A DNA stretch of 20,676 nucleotides from NCBI RefSeq assembly GCF_006345805.1, contig NW_021824492.1:1-20676 (forward strand), given 5' to 3'. The DNA comes from Octopus sinensis (lineage: Eukaryota). A program made the position numbers and the translations under genes. A model generated the notes under the pieces. That model was not told the origin of the DNA. It did no database searches and saw only the letters and a list, made by a program, of their open reading frames with translations. The first letter of the stretch is position 1. Every line of letters begins with the position of its first letter. This document shows, piece by piece, positions 11,873 through 20,676 of this stretch.

Positions 11873-12314
11873 TGTGTATGTGTGTGTAAACTACACGACA
11901 GAAGTAAGAAGGGAAAATTCCATCTGACCTCCATCGATCACGCTTGTGTAATTTTCTTTTATAAACTAAATTTTTCAGACGTCATCTTCGGAATCCGAAA
12001 TTCTTATCAGACGCCCTGAAAAAGTCTTTATTCTTTGTCTAATATCCGCTTCTAAATATAGGCCCCTGAGAATGTATCACGGAAGATGTGTGTCTTAGCC
12101 TCAGGACGAAAACCAGCCCATTGAAGCTCATCCCGTTCAACCAAGCTCACAGGTCGACCTTCATCAGACACTGCCATAGCTCAAAACGAAACCCCTTCGA
12201 TGTCCATTTAACAAGAGACTCAATGCAGACAGGGTCGGTTTTAAATACGATTTTGTCGCGAGACCAATGTTGCGTAAGGGACCACAAAGACGGAAAAAAA
12301 GGCACCCTCCAAAT

Positions 12315-12790
12315 TCAAAAGATGTTGATTGATAGAAAGCTTAAAGGGGTGAATATTAATGATGAGAGGAAGAAAAGACGACGGCAGTTTCTGTGGTGGA
12401 AAGAAGCTGTCGGAATAAAAGGAGACTTATGACTAACAAGGGCTGAAAAGGGAAACGATATGTCTAGGAAGAGGAGCGGGTGACACGTTTTAAAGGTCTT
12501 GACAAAGAGTGTCTGACCAAAAAGTTCATGAGGACAATGACCTTGGAAATACTTATAGAAAAAGACACAAGGAAGGCACTTTCCGACGATAAGGCAAAGA
12601 CTCCAACACAGCATATCGACAATCGATCCTGAATCTGATCAAGCAAGTGAAGACACTTCGAAGAAGCACCAGTCCAAAGATGGCAGCGATATTCAATGAA
12701 AGCTGGAATGGTGACCTCATAAAGATGCAAAATACTCTTGGACATATTCCAAGAATTTCGGACCCAGACCAAACAGAAACACATCTGCCA
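12315..12790 (-). mobile_element. Decayed non-LTR retrotransposon ORF2 C-terminal fragment (CR1/L2/jockey group)
   Basis: LHLYEVTIPAFIEYRCHLWTGASSKCLHLLDQIQDR resembles the LYKS.IRP.MEYC..VW.GA....L..LD.VQ.R post-RT motif; frameshifted continuation FFYKYFQGHCPHEL. Confidence 0.85.
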
Positions 12791-12958
12791 GTACAGGTAA
12801 CGTAACTGTTGCATTTTCATCAGAAGAAGCGATTCCAAATTAGGATCTCATCGCAGTACCTCGTGCGTTCTACGCGTGCGCATAGAGGCTGCTCTTCCTC
12901 ATCCTTTACCTGCACACGGTGCAAAACCAGTGCCCGGCATCCAAACACATATCTAAAA

Positions 12959-13207
12959 TGCAAGGACTGCAACGAGTCCGAGGACTCGATTCAGTTTCGA
13001 TAGCGTGACCGAGAGTACAACACTCTTCTTGAATGGGACACCAGTCCGTCACAAGGTTGGGGCCCATTTACAGCAGAATGGACGGGAGCAACTGAGTGGA
13101 ATGAAGGGTTTTGCTCAAGAAGACAACGCACCGCCCGGTCTGAGAATCGAAACCTTGATGTTGCGATCGTTAGTACAACACTCTGACCACTAGGCTAGCT
13201 GCCTTAG
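12959..13207 (-). mobile_element. tRNA-derived SINE related to family C
   Basis: Minus head tagcctagtggtcagagtg...ggtttcgattc, core gcgttgtcttcttgagcaaaac; TSD atatctaaaa at 12949-12958 and 13208-13217. Confidence 0.85.
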
Positions 13208-13477
13208 ATATCTAAAACAGATTCAATATTTCGCAATTTCCCTAAAGAAAACGAGACAGAAGGAGGGGGGAGGGAAGGAGGGAAGGAAGGAAAGAAGAAA
13301 GGAAGAGGGGGAAGGAAGAAATGGAATCCAGGAAAGACTAAAGGCCTTTTTGACGACAAAGGGAAGGATTTCGACTCCCGGAGATAACACCCGAAAAATT
13401 ATGTTTCTAATAAAGGATTACACAGAAAAGGGGACATCAAATCATAATGGCTAGTATATTTAAGATTGTAATATCAC

Positions 13478-13690
13478 TTTCAAATTTCTGCAAAAGCGGA
13501 ACAAGTTCGGGCGATCCGGTGAGTTGATTACATCAACCCCAGTGCATAACTGGTACTTATTTTATCCATTCCGAAACAATAAAAGACAGAGTCGACCTCG
13601 ACGGAATTTGAACTCAGAACGTAAAGACAAACGAAATAACAGTAAGCACTTTGCCCGGCGCGCTAACGATTCTGCCAACTCGCCGCCTTA
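13478..13690 (-). mobile_element. tRNA-derived SINE family B
   Basis: gtcgacctcgacggaatttgaactcagaacgtaa is identical to the 7844-8070 copy; head ends ctcgccgcctta. Confidence 0.92.
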
Positions 13691-14837
13691 ATAGAAACCT
13701 ACAATAGGAAATGTATTTACGACTATTAACACTGTTGATCCCTTCTTTTTTAAGGTTGTACACAGACTGATTTAAGATGCATTTAGCTGTTATGTCTAGC
13801 AGGTCGAGCCCACTGATGGTGGTAGTTTTGATAATGATGGCGATGATGGTTACTGAAAGTGGTGGCGCTGATGTTGTTAATAAATAGAGGTTGTGCATGG
13901 AGATATTAGGAGTCATTGTGAAGGTGGTGGTGATGATGGTGATAATGGTATTGTTGTTTGTGATGGGGTTTGGGGAATGGGGCTTATTAATGATAATAGT
14001 ATCTGAGTGAGGAGATGAAAAACGGATGTGGATGGGCGCTGTGCTATTAAACTACAAATCTCAAGTCCTTCAGGACCTCATCAAAACCCGGAATCAACGT
14101 TTTCACAGAGCGAAATTTGCCAATTCTGTTTAAACACTAAGTTGATGAGAAAAGTAGGACGCAGACTCTTCTCGCGTTTCAAAATAGTTGTTGTGTTGGT
14201 ATTTTTATATTTAAAGACACAGACACAGTCCTCACGGACACACACAAGGACACACACAGGCATACTCACACAAATATTAATATAAACACAGCCATACGCA
14301 ATGTGTTACCGAAAAGGAAAACTATAAATGTCACTAAATGCGACTAGGGTGTTAGGACACCTTCATTGCTAGAAATAAGAGCTAAAATGGTCTACTTGCT
14401 GTAGTGAAGGCACATAAATTGTATCCATATATGCTGAGAGGGATGTAATCGGGCAAACACCGATCGAGAATTCGATAGGTACAAATATATATATGTATAT
14501 ATATGTATATGAATATGTATACATGAAATATAACATGTTTGTGTGTGTGTGCGTGTGTGTGTGTGTGTGTGTATGTGTAGATGCATATGATTCCAAATAT
14601 ACATACATAATATATACATATAATATTTATGTGAAATAGAAAGATGAATAATCTTTAGTAGATTAATCAACAGTTTAACCGATACCTTAGTAGCAAAAAT
14701 CACAGCAGTAAACAGCACGGTTGGAGTACAAACCATCTGGCGTTGCAACCGTGCGTTGGTGCGGATAATTGAAATTAAAACATTATTGGTGAATTGAAGA
14801 AATGGAGCTGAACGCAGATTGAACAGAAATCGTTTAT

Positions 14838-14923
14838 TTCATTCTACACGTGTTCGAAAGGCACAAATTACCAAAATCCGATTGAATAATGGGACCATAT
14901 TGTGTCTTTCTCTTCAGGAAGAA
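14838..14923 (-). ncRNA. Mirror copy of the minimal hammerhead ribozyme
   Basis: Reverse complement of the 15021-15106 HHR, but reads GAA instead of GAAA. Confidence 0.7.
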
Positions 14924-15020
14924 AAAAGGAAATCCGTTGGAAAAACAAAAACAGAACAGAGGCGATTTGTTTTTTGCTCCGCCTCTGTTCTGTTTTTGTT
15001 TTTTCCAACGGATTTCCTTT

Positions 15021-15106
15021 TTCTTCCTGAAGAGAAAGACACAATATGGTCCCATTATTCAATCGGATTTTGTAATTTGTGCCTTTCGAAACACGTGTAG
15101 AATGAA
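15021..15106 (+). ncRNA. Minimal type I hammerhead ribozyme
   Basis: Stem I ttc; CTGAAGA 15027-15033; stem II gaaagacacaa/ttgtgcctttc; GAAA 15088-15091; palindromic CACGTG; TA; gaa. Canonical core, predicted cleavage after GUA at 15099. Confidence 0.88.
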
Positions 15107-15192
15107 ATAAAACGATTCTGTTCAATCTGCGTTCAGCTCCATTTCTTCAATCACCAATAATGTTTTATATATATATATATATTATATATAAT

Positions 15193-15223
<31 letters not shown>

Positions 15224-15365
15224 TATATATATATTATCTATACTACTTGTACACGAAACAGGGAATAAGAATGGTGCAAACAATTTAAGGTAAAGAACAA
15301 TACAGGAATAATTACAAGACTACACACACACATACACAGACACACATGCGTACATACACAAGAGA

Positions 15366-15854
15366 TATTGGCGGAACATTCCCATCAAAACTTCTAGCAA
15401 GTGCGAACTTAATCGGCTTAATATGGCTGTTTGAGGCAGACAAAATCAAAATATGCACCTTATAGAAATCAGCTGCCCTGCTGATGTGAATATCTCTTTG
15501 AAAATCAAAGAGAAAGAAGATAATTATGGACAACTGCTTCGAAAGTTTCAGCTTCTATATCGGGATTCTAAATCTACGTGTGATGCCAATAATAATTGGT
15601 GCATTTGGCATTATCAATAACTGCCGAAGTGACAATCTGTATAACCTAAGGTTTTCAGAGAAAGTAATTAGCTAAACACGCGCATAACCTATACAATCTT
15701 TAAGTGGAAAAATAAAAATCTGTAAGACTTTTCTCAAGTTTAAATTGTGACATTGTTTTTGTTATCTGCATTCCAGCGATGGAGCTTTGTATCTTTGTTA
15801 GAAACCGGCCTCTTCTTCAGAGGACGGATTTAATTAATATCAGAAGAGAAAATG
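15366..15854 (+). mobile_element. R4/Dong-type LINE 3' fragment (restriction-like endonuclease domain plus 3' UTR), pseudogenised
   Basis: YWRNIPIKTSSKCELNRLNMAV*...IEISCPADVNISLKIKEKEDNYGQLLR...PIIIGAFG...KICKTFLKFKL* (stop 15748-15750); internal stops and frameshift; ends in (CATA)n. Confidence 0.88.
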
Positions 15855-15897
15855 CATACATACATACATACATACATACATACATACATACATACAT

Positions 15898-16253
15898 AAT
15901 GATGGCTGTCCACTGGTGACTCAGGAAGACCATCACTGACAATCAAAAACATTGTGCACTTAGTTTTATATTTAGACTTGTGACTCCGCTGGTGACTCAT
16001 GAGTCCAGCTGTTGACAAATAAACATGTCCACAAATATATATATTACTGACCAGTCTTCTCCCATTCACTACACTGCGGTGCATTTCGGAGCAGCTCGCT
16101 TAAACGATGCATGGAAAATGTATTTCTTTTCTAAATACCAATTCCTTCTTTTACCCGATTCATCCAATGGTCACGATGACCATCATTGCTTTCCCAGTTA
16201 GCGTTCCATATCTCACACGTCTTCGGCGGGAATTTTACACACCCCTTAAATCA
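15898..16253 (-). mobile_element. RTE-clade LINE 3' fragment, pseudogenised
   Basis: FKGCVKFPPKTCEIWNANWESNDGHRDHWMNRVKEG ... HASFKRAA ... CGHVYLSTAGLMSHQRSH (RTE C-terminus with zinc-finger remnant); ends in (ATGT)n. Confidence 0.85.
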
Positions 16254-16598
16254 TATCCAGTGTAGTACCTTGAAATTAAGTGCATATCCTTAGTTTCATG
16301 GTGTAAATTATGTAACATACGAATGTTATCGCCTTGGATAACAAAGTCAATCTACCATAGATATTTTTGCCAGGATATCTGTTTGTTATTCACTATAAAT
16401 TGCCAACTGAAATAAAGCGATATAAAAGGTAACACCGCTGGACTTCCGCCAAGGGGCTGGGAGATACATCTCATCTAGGACAAAATACCAATCCATTGTA
16501 TATAAAGTTTATAATATAATCCGGAAATTCTAACTTTTAACATCTCCGTATCTAATCTCAACCAAAAAAGGCAACAAAACGATAAATTTGAGGAATGA

Positions 16599-16949
16599 GT
16601 AAAATTCTGTGAAGTTGAAACAGATAAAGAGTTGGAAAATATTAGACCGGACATAACAATTATAAATAAGTAAAAGCGAAGTTGCTTTCTATTCGATCCG
16701 TTTGATTCCAGGATCATAAAGAAAAAGGACGAAAAACAAAAAAAGAATAGAATTCCTTGAATTTTGAAACAGGAAGAATTTAGAGCATGAAAACAGTAAA
16801 GGTCGTGCTTATAATAATTGGGAACAGTAATAAGGATAGATATAGACAAATGGTTGAAGGAGACTGGAATAGAATGCTCCGTAGAGCTCTTACAAAATGT
16901 TTGTCTCTTAGGGACAGTAAAGATTATCAGGAGGGTTCTAAGCTCTTGA
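16599..16949 (+). mobile_element. Second, distinct R4/Dong-type LINE endonuclease fragment
   Basis: VETDKELENIRPDITIINK* (RPD at 16644-16652) ...PFDSRI...KVVLIIIG...DKWLKETGIECSVELLQNVCLLGTVKIIRRVLSS*. Confidence 0.88.
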
Positions 16950-17311
16950 AAGACTGCGGGACTGGTCTTCAAGTGTAAAGTCACCAGACCGGAATTTCTC
17001 CAATTATCGACGTACAGTGCCTTCATTCACCACATCTTCCCCAAACACCTCATTGGTGTTTTGAGCTGTCTGGGATGCATTGGTTCAACGATGGAACTCA
17101 TATTCATAAACAACATAAGTTTTTTTTATCTATCCATGGGTTGACAAAAATTGATTTACAAGAGAAAACGTACAATATAATCAGACACCAGGAATTGCAT
17201 TTCGATAAAATGATGATGTAACTCTTCAATGTTGTAAAACAAAGAATTGTCAGGACAAAACATTAAAGTTAACGACTGTCAAAAATCGGACATTTCCTTT
17301 TTAATGACCTG

Positions 17312-17347
<36 letters not shown>

Positions 17348-17384
17348 TAATAATAATAATAATAATAATAATGTATGCGTGGTA

Positions 17385-17560
17385 TAGGGGCAGACATGCT
17401 GTGCAGTTAAGAATTTTGCTTTGCAGCTAAATGGTTTCAGGTTGAGTTCCATGGAGCGGTGCCTTGGGCAAGTGTTTTCACAAGGCACTGGTCAGTCCAG
17501 GGTCGACCAGTGCCTTGTGAGTGATTTTGGTACGCGGAAACTGTGGGAACCTATTGTGTA
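17385..17560 (+). mobile_element. Diverged SINE family A-like 5' part
   Basis: caggttgagttcc B-box remnant, gccttgggcaagtgt, gccttgtgagtgattttggta match the reverse complement of the 1784-2568 copy. Confidence 0.8.
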
Positions 17561-17572
17561 TGTGTATATATA

Positions 17573-17606
<34 letters not shown>

Positions 17607-17611
<5 letters not shown>

Positions 17612-17889
17612 AAAATAAGAAAATAGAGATAAAACAATTAATAATTATATTTAGTAATTACAAAAATAGACATAATCTCTGACAGTTGTTTCGATTCAAA
17701 CTTTAAAATTAATTAAAATCATTAAATCTTTATAAAGTTGATTCAACTTTATAATGATTTTATAATGATTTAATTATCTTAATTAATTTTTAAAGTTTGA
17801 ATCGAAACAATTGTCAGAGATTAAGTCAATTTTTGTAATTAATAAATGTAATTATTAATTGATTTATCTCTATTTTCTTATTTTTCTTA
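17607..17889. repeat. 283-bp AT-rich palindrome with HHR 3' halves
   Basis: taagaaaaataagaaaatagagataaa...tttatctctattttcttatttttctta; centre 17742; GAAA-CAATTG-TC-agaga from 17804 and mirror at 17676-17692. Confidence 0.92.
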
Positions 17890-18089
17890 AATAAATATAT
17901 ACCTCGGTTTATTTAATTACCTATTTTTGAATATTAAATCTAAAATTTAAAATCAATAATAGTTAATAAACCAGTAAATTCATTGTATATTATCCCTAAT
18001 GAGGCTTATTTAACCTCCAATGAACTTATATATATATATATATAATATATATATTATAATTATATCTATTATAGATATTATATATATAT

Positions 18090-18137
<48 letters not shown>

Positions 18138-18393
18138 TGTAAGTGTGTACATTGGAAGTGTATCTGACCCCCTCCACACGTTGAGCGAAAGAAATAAAAA
18201 AAAAAATGCTGAAGTCGATATGTTTGTCTGTATGTATGTGTGTATGTGCTTGTGTGTGTGCGTGTGTGTGTGTGGATATATACCATCCACACACATACAT
18301 TGAACTGCATTAAGAGTCGTGAAATGTAAATAGATTCCATAAGGATCCTTATTCATCCGGTCATCATAAGCATTACTCACACGCGCAGACACA

Positions 18394-18441
<48 letters not shown>

Positions 18442-18973
18442 ACACACACACTCACACACACACACATACACACGCAGAAATAGGTAGGGAACACTATTGA
18501 ACATGTCCAAGTGCTAAAGAGTCGGTCGTCACCTTCAAGTGGACATTTCGATAAGTATAACCCCAGTAGAACATGACTGTAATGGAGTTAAGGACCTGGC
18601 TTAAGAGCGACGTGCTGAATACTTCAGAAATTTCGTACAAAAGCTAAAAATATCTCACACGCCTTTTTTTCTTCTTCTTTCGTTTTATTCTTTCTGTTTC
18701 ATTTTCGCTTTCATCACAAAACTTCTTCCCTTTTTACGTAAACGCATTTACTAATGTTCTAACGCACACACACACACACACACACACACCACACGCACAC
18801 GTGTGTAGTCCGTGTATGTTTGTGTGTCTGCGTGTGTATTTATGTGTGTGTGTCTGTGCGTTTCATATCCATGTGAATGTATGAATATATATGTATATAC
18901 ATTTTCCATATCATATATATATATATATGCATAAACACGGTGTGTGTATGTATGAATGTATACACACACACAC

Positions 18974-19014
<41 letters not shown>

Positions 19015-19109
19015 GTATGTATATGTATGTATACATATTATATATATATGTATGTAATATATATGTGTATATATATTATATATATATATATGTATGTATA
19101 CATATAGTG

Positions 19110-19166
<57 letters not shown>

Positions 19167-19366
19167 ATTATATATCAATCTGTTGATTCACTAGGGCAAT
19201 AAATTATAGGACTCAATACAAAGTTGAATACTCTATAACTGAAAGGTGTTCAATTTCCTGTACTCAGTTAATCGTCCGATCATCAACCGGGTTCTCATTC
19301 CTAAAGTATTTTTCGCTGATATTATTATTATTATTATTATTGATATTATTATTTATTTATTTATTC

Positions 19367-19439
19367 AAGGCACTGCCTAGAATTGAACTCGCAATCTTGG
19401 GGTTAGTAGCACGCGCTCTTAACCATTACGCTAATGCCC
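19367..19439 (-). mobile_element. tRNA-like head (resembles tRNA-Ile lineage; loop ctactaa)
   Basis: Minus gggcattagcgtaatggttaagagcgcgtgctactaaccccaagattgcgagttcaattctaggcagtgcct; acceptor-like gggcatt/agtgcct, A and B boxes; anticodon and T stems poorly paired. Confidence 0.8.
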
Positions 19440-19440
19440 G

Positions 19441-19457
19441 TAATAATGATAATAATA

Positions 19458-19515
<58 letters not shown>

Positions 19516-19562
19516 TAATAACAATAATAATAATAATAATAGTAATGATAATGATGATGATG
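19441..19562. repeat. (AAT)n/(GAT)n array
   Basis: Direct. Confidence 0.95.
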
Positions 19563-19619
19563 ACAGCAAAAAATCCGATAGGAATGAGAATCCAGGGTTG
19601 GGTTCAAAATCCTAGCAGG

Positions 19620-19664
19620 ACACCTGATGAAGGCTGGAGAGTATATCAGCCGAAATGTTATGGT
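19620..19664 (+). ncRNA. Minimal hammerhead-like motif, partly degenerate
   Basis: acac CTGATGA(19624-19630) a ggctg-gagagtatat-cagcc GAAA(19652-19655) tgtt atgg; core and stem II intact, stems I/III decayed. Confidence 0.72.
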
Positions 19665-20676
19665 AACAACAAACAAGATGAGGACAGATATCCATCAAAT
19701 GTAAATAATGTAAATAAAGGGCTGGTGATGTTCTGAAACATCATCATCATCATCATTGTTATAATGATTATTTTTGATATCTCTATCCTCGCCGTCATCC
19801 TTGTAGTAGTAGTAGTAGTATTTGCAGCTCTCTCTCCCTTGCATACACACTCACACCAATACTCACACACACACACACAGACACACACACACAGACACAG
19901 ACACACACGCACACATACACACACGTAGACACGGACAATTTCGATCGGCTTCCGTTATTCGGACAAAGGTGAGAAGGAGGAGAGGGAAAGGGAGTAGAAG
20001 GGTTTTGGTGGCGGGGAGGGGGACATGGCTGTATCCACCCATCCGCCACCCCGAATCGCTACCCTAGCCAAAACTAAAACTAAACATAAAAAACCTCCAA
20101 AACAAAACAAAAAAATATCTGAAGCCATCCGCCCTCCCCAATCCACATCAGCACCCATAACCACCCCTTAACCACCCGACAACAAACGAATGGAATTTGG
20201 TCAATCATTACCGACCCACCCGCCACCCCGAGATATATTTGTTATCAAACTGCAACCCTCTCCATGCAACATCACTAAATCCTCCTCCGCCTCTTCCTTC
20301 ATCTCCGCCTTTTCTGAGACCCTCACCCTCACCCCTCCCGTCTCCACCCCACCACCTCTCCCCATCAACACGCCCTCTGCCGCCTCCCCCCACCCCGCTT
20401 CTCTCTCCCTCTCCGTTAATCCAGCCGTAATTACGTAGATTAGTCCATCGTCCTGTCACCCGACACTCTTAATCATCTCTCTCTTTATTAACACAACTCT
20501 CACACTAAATAGATTTGTACAACAAAAAAACCTTTTTTCGCCAAAAAAAAAACTTACCACCGCCACCGCCACCACCGATGACACAAACACTACCGCCGCC
20601 GCCTCAATCATTAACCGCCGTCACCACCATCATTGCTCCCTGTCTTTCGCTTGTTCACTCTGCTTTTCTCTCTTAT

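Larger units (their letters stand above)
14776..15167. mobile_element. 392-bp near-perfect palindrome, PLE-type inverted pseudo-LTR remnant
   Basis: Arms 14776-14964 and 14980-15167, 15-nt spacer; each arm carries an HHR. Confidence 0.85.

Noticed and set aside
11978-12016. Minus-strand ctgataa-gaat-ttcgg-attc-cgaa
   Set aside because: Lacks G8, GAAA and NUH; too degenerate.
12809-13003. ORF with two CxxC pairs (zinc-ribbon-like)
   Set aside because: The second CxxC lies past the SINE TSD junction at 12958, so the pairing is accidental.
15795-15825. gaaaccgg and ctgaaga close together
   Set aside because: The halves are on opposite strands and cannot form an HHR; lies in the LINE 3' UTR.
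19367-19439. Functional tRNA gene (also considered 1652-1722 and 3952-4036)
   Set aside because: Anticodon and T stems do not pair properly; better explained as SINE heads.

Overview
AT-rich, microsatellite-saturated eukaryotic non-coding DNA (intergenic or deep intronic). The SINE families and repeat style look like a cephalopod (probably octopus) genome; that is recognition, not a database result. No intact protein-coding gene is supported: nearly all listed ORFs are translations of (TA)n/(CA)n/(TACA)n/(ATT)n or reverse frames of repeats. The window holds about ten tRNA-derived SINE copies of at least three families (some with target-site duplications, one nested) and four decayed LINE 3' fragments (one CR1/jockey-group, one RTE, two R4/Dong-type). 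The most interesting layer is dense minimal type I hammerhead-ribozyme (HHR) sequence of the Penelope-like-element (PLE)/retrozyme kind: one canonical HHR inside a 392-bp palindrome, three unrelated long palindromes carrying outward-facing HHR 3' halves, and up to three elements where a tRNA-like Pol III head precedes an HHR-like motif, suggesting ribozyme-bearing, possibly PLE-mobilised SINEs.
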